Positions 1 to 9,332 of a stretch of DNA of 35,931 bases are shown here, in pieces. The stretch spans positions 1 to 35,931 of the forward strand of contig JAUVTI010000003.1 in assembly GCA_030601605.1 (NCBI GenBank), given 5' to 3'. Position 1 is the stretch's first letter. Each line of letters begins with the position of its first letter. The position numbers and the translations under genes are program-made. The notes under the pieces were generated by a model. It was not told the origin of the DNA. It did no database searches and saw only the letters and a program-made list of their open reading frames with translations. The stretch comes from Gemmatimonadales bacterium. GTDB taxonomy: Bacteria > Gemmatimonadota > Gemmatimonadetes > Gemmatimonadales > GWC2-71-9.

Positions 1-227
1 GACTGCCGGATGGTCTCGTCGAACAGGATCACCCCGCCGATGAACTCGCCCGCGCCCCTAGTGGTGAAGAGCAGCTCGCGGTAGGCCCGCCGGTTCTCCT
101 CGGTGGACTCCACGTGGATCGACTTGAACCGTTTGGCAATCGTCGGGGAACTCTCGTCGGCCGCCAGAATGCCGCGTCCGGGTGACACGATCTCCCGGGC
201 CGTCTTGGACAATGCATCGATGTTCAT
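1..227 (-). CDS. Class I fructose-bisphosphate aldolase (5' part, truncated by window edge)
   Basis: Not in the ORF track because it has no stop inside the window. Manual translation of the minus strand from ATG at 227 gives [56 protein letters not shown]...[21 protein letters not shown] and EENRRAYR are class I aldolase signatures. Confidence 0.93.
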   Translation of the reverse strand, partial: MNIDALSKTAREIVSPGRGILAADESSPTIAKRFKSIHVESTEENRRAYRELLFTTRGAGEFIGGVILFDETIRQ

Positions 228-366
228 GGGATTCGGACCTCGCTCACCACAACCCTGGGTTGCATCTGCCGGCGGCGTAACACTCGCCGCCCGAACAACA
301 TACGGTACCGCGCTAGGAACTTAGCTGCACCCCGAGGCCGACGCCAGGTCGCCCCGGGGACCACCG

Positions 367-2115
367 CTAGTAGCCTGCCGAACCTCCGCCGGAGCGCGGA
401 TCGTGGATCGCGACCCAGCCGTCCGCGGTCCGCATTATCGCAGCGACCTCACCGCTGAAACCCCCACGCTCCTCCACCACGTGGCCCATTCGCTCCAGGC
501 TCCTCGCCACGTCGCCTCTGAGGCCGCCGTGCTCGTACAGGATCCGGTCGGGCAGCGCCTGGTGGTGGATGCGTGGCGCTCCCACCGCTTCGCGCAGCGT
601 CATGCCGTGGTCCACCACGTTGGATATCACCTGGGTGACGGTAGTGATGATCGTGGGCCCGCCCGGGGAGCCGACCAGCAGCAGGAGTTCTCCGTCGGTG
701 TCCAGCACTATGGACGGGGTCATCGACGAGAGCATCCTCTTGCCGGGCTCGATCGCGTTGGCCTCCCCCTGGACGAGGCCGAACATGTTGGGCTGGCCCG
801 GCGCGCTCGTGAAGTCGTCCATCTCGTCGTTGAGCAGAAATCCCGCGCCGGCCACGGTCACCTTGCTGCCGTAGCCGAAGTTGAGGGTCGTCGTAACGCT
901 GACGGCGTTCCCATCGGCGTCCACCACCGAGTAGTGCGTCGTGTGATTCCCTTCGCCCCTGCCCGGTCGCAGCTCGGGAGTGGCGCTGGCCCTCGTCGGG
1001 TCGATGCTGCTGCGCCGCTCGGCGGCATAGCCCTTGGATAGCAGCATGGCGAGCGGCATCTCCACGTATCCCGGGTCGCCCAGGTAGTGGTTTCGGTCAA
1101 CGAAGCCGCGCCGCATGGCCTCGGTCAGAAGGTGCACGTGCTCGGCGCTTCCGAACGTGGGCAGCTGTTCGAAGCCCTCGAGCATGTTGAGGATCTCGCC
1201 CATGGTGACCCCGCCCGAGCTCACCGGGGCCATTGAGTAGATGGTGTGGCCGCGGTAGTCGATCACGATCGGGTCGCGCCAGATTGCGCGGTAGCTCGCG
1301 AGGTCCTGCTTCGTGATGAGCCCGTCTCCGCGCTCCATCTCCGCCACGATGAGGTCGGCGATGTAGCCCTCGTAGAATACGCGCCTTCCACTGTCGGCGA
1401 TCGCTTGGAGGGTACGGGCCAGGCCAGGCTGGACGAAGAGGTAGCCCTGCGGCGGGGCCTCACCGCTCGGCAGTAGGAACTTGCGGCGGGAGGCCTCGAA
1501 GCGGCTGAACAGCTCCGCCGTGCGCTCGATTCCCCGCGCGCGGGACTCGTCGAGCACGTGGCCTTCGGCCGCCAGTCGGATCGCCGGCTTCATCACCTCG
1601 GAGAGCTCGAGTGCGCCGAAGCGGCGCTGGGCTTCGGTGAGTCCGGCCACGGACCCGGGCACTCCGGCAGCCAGGTGTCCGATCAGGCCCTTGTCCGTGA
1701 GGTTGCCGGCGGAGTCGAGATACATGTCCCGGGTGGCCCGTCCCGGGGCCGTCTCGCGGTAGTCGATGGTGTATACCGAGCCATCGGCGAGGCGGATCAC
1801 CATGAAGCCGCCGCCCCCTATGTTGCCGGCCGAGGGATGCACCACGGCGAGCGCAAAGCCCACCGCGACCGCCGCGTCAACGGCGTTGCCACCGCGGTGG
1901 AGAATCTGCGCTCCCACCTCGCTCGCCATCGGATGCACCGAGGCGACTGCTGCGTGGGCCGTCGCCACGGGCTCCGTCTCGGCGATGAGGGGCCAGTCGG
2001 CGGGGATGTAGGGGGAGGGGAGCGCCACGTCGGGCGCCGGCTCGCAGGCGGCCAGGATGATGAGAGAGAGCACCGCCCAACCGCCCCACCTCGATCCAAC
2101 ACCGGATCTCGTCAT
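367..2115 (-). CDS. ggt: Gamma-glutamyltransferase, probable lipoprotein
   Basis: Motifs GGNAVDAAVA, AGNIGGGGFM, DYRETAP, autocleavage/catalytic HTTHYSVVD, LNDEMDDF and KRMLSSMTP. Start moved to ATG 2115 because of a GAGGAG SD upstream. Lipobox-like LIILAAC. Confidence 0.95.
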   Translation of the reverse strand: MTRSGVGSRWGGWAVLSLIILAACEPAPDVALPSPYIPADWPLIAETEPVATAHAAVASVHPMASEVGAQILHRGGNAVDAAVAVGFALAVVHPSAGNIGGGGFMVIRLADGSVYTIDYRETAPGRATRDMYLDSAGNLTDKGLIGHLAAGVPGSVAGLTEAQRRFGALELSEVMKPAIRLAAEGHVLDESRARGIERTAELFSRFEASRRKFLLPSGEAPPQGYLFVQPGLARTLQAIADSGRRVFYEGYIADLIVAEMERGDGLITKQDLASYRAIWRDPIVIDYRGHTIYSMAPVSSGGVTMGEILNMLEGFEQLPTFGSAEHVHLLTEAMRRGFVDRNHYLGDPGYVEMPLAMLLSKGYAAERRSSIDPTRASATPELRPGRGEGNHTTHYSVVDADGNAVSVTTTLNFGYGSKVTVAGAGFLLNDEMDDFTSAPGQPNMFGLVQGEANAIEPGKRMLSSMTPSIVLDTDGELLLLVGSPGGPTIITTVTQVISNVVDHGMTLREAVGAPRIHHQALPDRILYEHGGLRGDVARSLERMGHVVEERGGFSGEVAAIMRTADGWVAIHDPRSGGGSAGY

Positions 2116-2145
2116 CGACTCCTCGTTGACCGAAGCCCGAACTGC

Positions 2146-2181
2146 GTGGAGATTGACTGCACAATCTACCACCTGGACACT
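2146..2181. promoter_or_regulatory. Palindrome AGATTG-N6-CAATCT overlapping a possible murQ promoter (TTGACT-17-GACACT)
   Basis: GTGG-AGATTG(2150-2155)-actgca-CAATCT(2162-2167)-ACCAC in the 73-bp ggt/murQ divergent gap. The -35-like TTGACT is at 2153-2158 and a weak -10 at 2176-2181. Confidence 0.4.
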
Positions 2182-2188
2182 CATCGTG

Positions 2189-3115
2189 ATGTCTACTCCG
2201 GGATTCCTCGACCCGCGCCTCACCGAGCGCCGCAATCCGCGCAGCGAGCGGGTGGACGTCGCGTCGTCTCTCGAGATCGTCGACCTGATGAACGCCGAGG
2301 ACCGCTCGGTGCCCGATGCCGTTCACCGGGCGCGTGAGGAGCTGGCGCGCGCAATCGACCTGGTCGTGGAAGCCTTCGGAGCCGGCGGGCGCCTGGTGTA
2401 CGTGGGCGCCGGGACGAGTGGGCGACTCGGCGTGCTGGATGCCACCGAGTGCCCGCCCACCTTCGGCACGCCGCCGGAGATGGTGGTCGGGGTGATCGCC
2501 GGCGGCCGCGCGGCGCTCGACAAGAGCCAGGAGGGGGCCGAGGACGACGAAGCGGCCGGCGCCGAGGCGATGAACGAGCTCACCGTGTCGGAGCGCGACG
2601 TGGTGATGGGCATCGCCGCCAGTGGCACCACACCGTTCGTCAGCGCGGCTCTCTCTCGCGCGCGCGAGCTGGGGGCCCGGACCGCGTTCCTGACCTGCAG
2701 CAACCCGCCCGAGGAGATCGCCGCCATGGTGGACGTGATGCTGGCGATACCGGTGGGACCGGAGGTGGTGACGGGCTCTACCCGCCTCAAGGCGGGAACG
2801 GCCACCAAGCTCGCGCTCAACACGATCACGACGGGTGCCATGCTCCGCAGCGGAAAGGCGTACGGCAACCTGATGGTGGATCTGGTGGCGCTGTCCGAAA
2901 AGCTGCGCGACCGGGGCGAGCGGATCGTGATGGAAGCGTGCAGCGTGGATCGCGCCGGGGCGCGGCGCGCCATTGAGGACGCCGCTGGCAGCGTCAAGCT
3001 GGCGATCGTGATGGTGCGGCGGGACGTGGATGCCGCTACCGGGAGGGAGCTGCTGGAGGAAGCGGGCGGCTTCGTGCGCCGCGCGGCTGGTGATCCCCCC
3101 GCGGTGACCGAGTGA
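2189..3115 (+). CDS. murQ: N-acetylmuramic acid 6-phosphate etherase
   Basis: TERRNPRS, YVGAGTSGRLGVLDATECPPTFG, GIAASGTTPFV, GPEVVTGSTRLKAGTATKL, GNLMVD. Start set at ATG 2189 (GTG 2186 is an alternative). Confidence 0.96.
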   Translation: MSTPGFLDPRLTERRNPRSERVDVASSLEIVDLMNAEDRSVPDAVHRAREELARAIDLVVEAFGAGGRLVYVGAGTSGRLGVLDATECPPTFGTPPEMVVGVIAGGRAALDKSQEGAEDDEAAGAEAMNELTVSERDVVMGIAASGTTPFVSAALSRARELGARTAFLTCSNPPEEIAAMVDVMLAIPVGPEVVTGSTRLKAGTATKLALNTITTGAMLRSGKAYGNLMVDLVALSEKLRDRGERIVMEACSVDRAGARRAIEDAAGSVKLAIVMVRRDVDAATGRELLEEAGGFVRRAAGDPPAVTE

Positions 3116-4233
3116 GCCCACTGGCCGTCGGGCTCATGTCTGGCACGTCGCTCGACGGCGTGGATGCGGCGTTGGTCGAGATCGGGGGCCCCGACTCGGT
3201 GTCGCTGCGCGCGTTCCGCAGCACCCCCTACAGTGACGAGCAGCGCTCGGCGATTCGGGCGGCGCTCGCGGGCGGGACCGCGCGCGAGCTGGCCCTGCTG
3301 CACGCTGATCTGGGCGCGTGGTTCGCCGCCGCCGCCCTGGAGGTGCTGGAGCTGGCCGGCGTCGCCGCGGGTGAGCTGTCGTTCGTTGCATCCCACGGGC
3401 AGACGGTGTGGCACGAGCCCGGGCGGGCCACGATGCAGCTGGGAGATCCCGCGACCATCGCCGAGCGCACGGGCGTGCGCGTGGTGAGCGACTTCCGCAG
3501 CCGCGACGTGGCGGCGGGCGGGCAGGGAGCTCCGCTCGTGCCGCTGGCCGACGCGATGCTGTTCGGGGCGCCGCGGCGAGGGCGAGCGCTGCTCAACCTG
3601 GGCGGCATGGCGAACGTGACGTGGGTGCCGCGGCGGGGAGATACCGACGGCGTGATCGCGTTCGACACCGGTCCGGGAGTGGCGGTGTTGGACGCGGTGA
3701 CGAGACTCGTGGACCCCGCCGCAGCGTTCGACCAGGGTGGGGAGCGGGCGGCGCGGGGAGCGGCGGATGATGGGCTCATCGAGGAGCTCCTGGCCGACCC
3801 GTACTTCGCGGCGCCGCCGCCCAAGAGCACGGGGCGGGAGGCGTTCGGCGACGCCTACGCCGCCGACCTGGTGAGCCGCATGCGTCAGCGCCGCGCCGGC
3901 GCTCTCGGCGACGACTGCGTGGCAACAGCGCTCGAGCTCACGGTGCGCTCGGTGGCGGCGGGCATCGAGCGCTGGTTGCCCGCGGATGGCGAGCGCGACC
4001 TGCTCGTGTCGGGAGGCGGCGCCCGTAATGCGACGCTCGTGGCCAGCCTCCAGGCGGCTCTCGAGGCGTGGTCCGTGCGGTTGTTCGAGGAAGAGTTCTT
4101 CGACGGCGACGCGAAGGAGGCTGTCGCGTTTGCCTACCTGGGTTGGAGGGCGACCCAGGGGCTGACGTCGAACGTCCCTTCCGCCACCGGCGCCCGGGGC
4201 CCGAGAGTGCTGGGGTCGATCACTCCGGCCTGA
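3112..4233 (+). CDS. anmK: Anhydro-N-acetylmuramic acid kinase
   Basis: GLMSGTSLDGVD, SHGQTVWH, DFRSRDVAAGGQGAPLVP, FDTGPG, PPKSTGRE, KEAVAFAYLG. GTGA overlap with the murQ stop. Confidence 0.96.
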   Translation: MSPLAVGLMSGTSLDGVDAALVEIGGPDSVSLRAFRSTPYSDEQRSAIRAALAGGTARELALLHADLGAWFAAAALEVLELAGVAAGELSFVASHGQTVWHEPGRATMQLGDPATIAERTGVRVVSDFRSRDVAAGGQGAPLVPLADAMLFGAPRRGRALLNLGGMANVTWVPRRGDTDGVIAFDTGPGVAVLDAVTRLVDPAAAFDQGGERAARGAADDGLIEELLADPYFAAPPPKSTGREAFGDAYAADLVSRMRQRRAGALGDDCVATALELTVRSVAAGIERWLPADGERDLLVSGGGARNATLVASLQAALEAWSVRLFEEEFFDGDAKEAVAFAYLGWRATQGLTSNVPSATGARGPRVLGSITPA

Positions 4234-5629
4234 TTCCGATCGACTCCATCAACTCGAGCGCGGCACCGGCCGGGGTGGCATAGACGATCCGTCCTCCAGT
4301 TCCCTCCTGTCCGCCATACAGGATGCCCACCACCTCGCCGTTGCGGTCGAAGATCGGGCTGCCGCTCGCGCCCTGGGCGCCGTAGCCGTCCACCTGGATC
4401 ACGTCGTCCAGCACCTTGCTGACCGATCCGGCCCAGAAGCTCGTGCGGGCGTACTCCCCCGACATCGGGAGGTCGGTGCTGAGCGGGAACCCTATGAGCG
4501 CGATTGGATCTCCCTGTCTGAGCGTGTCGGAGCGGCTGTTCAGGCTCACCGTCGGAGTGCCGCCCCTGATGTCCAACTTGATGAGGGCCAGGTCGGCTGA
4601 GGCCGACACCCCGAGCAGAGTCGCGCGCCAGTTCTGCCGCGAGTCGGCGAACCGGACCGCCATTCTCGTCGGGCGGCGGTCGCCCCCCGCGCCGACCACC
4701 ACGTGCCGGTTCGTGAGCATCGTACCGTCGCTGCGCACGGCGAACGCCGTGGCGGTGAACACCTCGTCCGGCCCGAACTCCACCCAGATGATCGCCACCG
4801 CCCGCTGGTTGCGGTCGACGATGGCTCGGTAGTCTACCAGCGCGGCGGCCTGCTGGTACTGGAGTGCCTGGTTGGCATTGCCCAGCCGCTGCGTCAGCGC
4901 ATCGACTTCCTCGGCGCTGCCGGCGTGCTGGGCGGCGGCGAGCTGCCGCTGCAGGTCCTCCACGTCGCGGCGCGAGGTGCCCAGCGCGGCGGCCAGGCCC
5001 TCGACCCGACCCTCCAGCATCTCCATCGCGCGCTCGGATGCCTGCAGGATGGAGTCGGTGCGCGCCTGGAGCTCGGCGACTTCCCGCTCGCGCTCCCTGG
5101 CCTGCCTGCTGCCCTGGTAGAAGAACACGGCGGCGACCACGATCACGGACACGAAGAGGCCCACCGTCACGGTGCGCAGCGTCTTCGTCTGCCGCCCCAC
5201 TTCGATGCGAATCCGCTCGGTGGTGCTCATACGCCGGCGCCCGCTGTCCTTGTTGGCCGGCGCGGGCGTTGCCGGGGCCGCACCCGCAGCGCGGGCCACG
5301 ACTCCGTCGGGGGTGCCGGGCGGCGGCGGCCGGAACTCGACTATGGTGCCCTCGTCGCCGCGCCGGATCTGATCGGTGTCGCTGAGGTTCGTGTCGCGCG
5401 TGATGCGATGGCCGTTCACCAGGGTGCCGTTGCGGCTGCCGAGGTCGCGCACGTACCACCGGTCCCGCTGGGCCACTATGGCTGCGTGCCGCGTGGACAC
5501 ATCGAGGTCGCGCTCGGGGTCGAAGCGGAGGTCGGAGGCCGGGTGGCGTCCGATGCCGATGTACGCTTTGGAGAAGACTTCGGTGTACCCGGCCCGGGTG
5601 CCCGTGAGGATCTTGAGCTGAGCCTTCAC
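4220..5629 (-). CDS. FHA domain - transmembrane - coiled coil - trypsin-like (S1) serine protease
   Basis: N-terminal FHA (IGR...VSTRH...DLGSRNGT), one TM helix (VTVGLFVSVIVVAAVFFY), a heptad-rich E/Q/R/L segment, then the protease triad motifs TNRHVV, ADLALIK and GASGSP. Confidence 0.88.
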   Translation of the reverse strand: MKAQLKILTGTRAGYTEVFSKAYIGIGRHPASDLRFDPERDLDVSTRHAAIVAQRDRWYVRDLGSRNGTLVNGHRITRDTNLSDTDQIRRGDEGTIVEFRPPPPGTPDGVVARAAGAAPATPAPANKDSGRRRMSTTERIRIEVGRQTKTLRTVTVGLFVSVIVVAAVFFYQGSRQAREREREVAELQARTDSILQASERAMEMLEGRVEGLAAALGTSRRDVEDLQRQLAAAQHAGSAEEVDALTQRLGNANQALQYQQAAALVDYRAIVDRNQRAVAIIWVEFGPDEVFTATAFAVRSDGTMLTNRHVVVGAGGDRRPTRMAVRFADSRQNWRATLLGVSASADLALIKLDIRGGTPTVSLNSRSDTLRQGDPIALIGFPLSTDLPMSGEYARTSFWAGSVSKVLDDVIQVDGYGAQGASGSPIFDRNGEVVGILYGGQEGTGGRIVYATPAGAALELMESIGIRPE

Positions 5630-5637
5630 GGCGGGAG

Positions 5638-6668
5638 TTAGATGCCGCCTACGGCGATGAACAGCGCCAACGCGATGATCACGGCCGCGGCCGCACCGGC
5701 GATGACCATGCGCGACTTGTTCTCCGGCACCGGCGGGTTGCTTCCCTTGTAGACCGGCACCGGCTCGGTGGTCGACTCGGGATCCAGCAACGGGTAGACC
5801 TGGTGGCCCACCGAATCGTCACCCCCCGGGCTGGCGAGGCCCTCCCCGCTGAAGCGTGCGATCACGACCGTGATGTTGTCGGGGCCGCCCCGCTCGTTCG
5901 CCAGGTCGATCAACTCGGTGCAGATATCGGCGAGGTTCTTGTCGCTGTCCGCTACCCGCTCGGCGATCTCCTCGCGCGAGACCTGCCCGGAGAGTCCGTC
6001 CGAGCACAGCACGAGGGCATCGCCGCGCCGCACCTGCTGGGTGGTGAGGTCCACTCGCACCTTCGGGTCTGGTCCGAGCGCCTGCAGTATGATGTTGCGG
6101 CGATCGCTCTTCTCCGCCTCCTCCTCGGAAATCTCGCCGGCGTCGACGAGGCGCTGCATCAGCGACTGGTCCTTGGTGAGCTGGATGCCCTCGCCGTCGC
6201 GCACCAGATAGGCCCGCGAGTCGCCGACCTGTGTCAGATAGAGCTGATCGGCCAGCACGCCCACCGCAGTCGTGGTGGTGCCCATCCCCCTCATCTCGGG
6301 GTGGTCCTTGGCGTAGCTCTGAATCCGGGAGTTGGCCTCTTCAACCGCCTCCTTGAGACGGTAGGCGAACTGCTGGGGGGTGTTCTCGCTGTCGTTGGCC
6401 CAGGACTTCGCCAGGTGCTCGTAGATCGTCTCGGATCCCAGCTTGCTCGCCACTTCTCCCGCTGCGGCGCCGCCCATCCCATCGGCGACGATGATCAACG
6501 AGCCCTTGGGCCCCACCTCGTGCTCGCGCACGTCGGGCTGAAGCGATACGTCCCTTGTCGTGAGGTTGGCGACCAGGAACGTGTCCTCGTTGTGCTCGCG
6601 CGTCTGCCCGACGTCCGTCTTGCCGAACACGCTCATCCGGATGCCGGATCCTTTGGAGCCGAAGAATC

Positions 6669-6672
<4 letters not shown>
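5638..6672 (-). CDS. PP2C-family Ser/Thr phosphatase (Stp1/PrpC-like) with C-terminal membrane anchor
   Basis: TDVGQTREHNED, VADGMGG, MGTT, VGDSRAY, LCSDGL, GGPDNITV, and a hydrophobic C-terminal tail. Start set at GTG 6672 overlapping the upstream kinase stop (the ORF track uses TTG 6681). Confidence 0.93.
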
Positions 6673-8299
<1,627 letters not shown>

Positions 8300-8303
<4 letters not shown>

Positions 8304-9211
8304 GCAGGCTCCACGCGCAGCATCTTGTCGCCCACCAGGAAGCGGCCACCGGGATCAAGAGTGACCTCCCCTCGGACGGCGAGCGCTACGCCGTTGCGGC
8401 TGCCTAGGTCCACGGCCACGAAGTCCGCGTCCTCGGAGCGAATCTCCGCATGCAGACCGCTCATCGAGGGGTCGTACGGGAACGTGTAATCTCCCTGATC
8501 GCGCCCCAGCCTGATGTTGCGCCCGGGAGACAGGTGAATGATGTCCCGCGCCGAGCCGTCGGCCCTGAGCTGCGTGAGACACGCTATGTCGGCGCTCGGG
8601 ACGAGGCTGCCCATGCGGCGCGTGGCGTCGCGCTCCGGCGGATGCGGTCCGGGGTAGCCCAGGCGGCGGTACTCCAGCACCTGCGACCCCACCAGCAACC
8701 GGTCGCCGTCTATCAGCAGGTGCGGCTCGGTTATGAAGTGCCAGGTTCCGTTGCGGCTGCCCAGGTCGCGCAGATAGAGGTCTTCACCCCTGGGCGTCAG
8801 CTGTACGTGCAGCGGCGACATGAACACGTCGTCGGGGAACTCGAGCTCAGCTCCCTGGCGGCCGATCGTGGTGTCCCCGATCGGCACCGGGTAGCGCGAG
8901 ACCTCGGCTCCCGACTCGTCGAGCAGCACGACCACGAACGCCGAGGGCGGACCCGAGGTCGACACCCTGGGGGCCGAGGCCCGCGCCCCGAGGTCATGGC
9001 CGCACGTGGCGCAGTACTTGGTGCGCTCTCCGGCGGAGGTGCCGCAGCGGGGGCACGCCGGGCCGGCCCCGGGGGCCAGCACCCGCTTGCCGCATGAGGG
9101 GCAGAAGGGGAGTCCCTGTGTGACACCTGCGCCGCAGGCCGGGCAGGAGATCTCGGCCGAGCGCCGCGGTGCGGTGGCGTCGATGGGGGGCTTGTCAGCA
9201 GGTCCCGTCAC
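8300..9211 (-). CDS. Double zinc ribbon + tandem FHA domain protein
   Basis: CPAC, CPSC, CPRC and CATC pairs. Two FHA repeats: IGR..MSPLH..DLGSRNGT and LGR..MSGLH..DLGSRNGV. No TM segment. Confidence 0.88.
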
Positions 9212-9255
9212 GGGTCGTGCTCCGGGTCGAGCGCGCTAATGCACGGTGGGGAGCC

Positions 9256-9284
9256 AATGTACACCACGAAAAAAGGGGGGTCAA
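9256..9284 (-). promoter_or_regulatory. Sigma70-type promoter for the FHA/kinase/phosphatase/protease operon
   Basis: Minus strand reads TTGACC (9284-9279), 17-nt spacer, TACATT (9261-9256), in an AT-rich gap. Confidence 0.65.
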
Positions 9285-9294
9285 CCAAAGAAAA

Positions 9295-9324
9295 TTGACG
9301 TACTTCGTTGATTCTGTGTAGGTT
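9295..9324 (+). promoter_or_regulatory. Sigma70-type promoter for the amidase, probably leaderless
   Basis: TTGACG (9295-9300), 18 nt, TAGGTT (9319-9324). ATG follows 8 nt later with no SD. Confidence 0.55.
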
Positions 9325-9332
9325 CCGCCACC

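Noticed and set aside
228-366. Several short hairpins between ggt and the aldolase gene (e.g. GGCGGCG-taacact-CGCCGCC)
   Set aside because: Short GC stems are expected by chance at this GC content. There is no U-tract and no recognisable RNA family.
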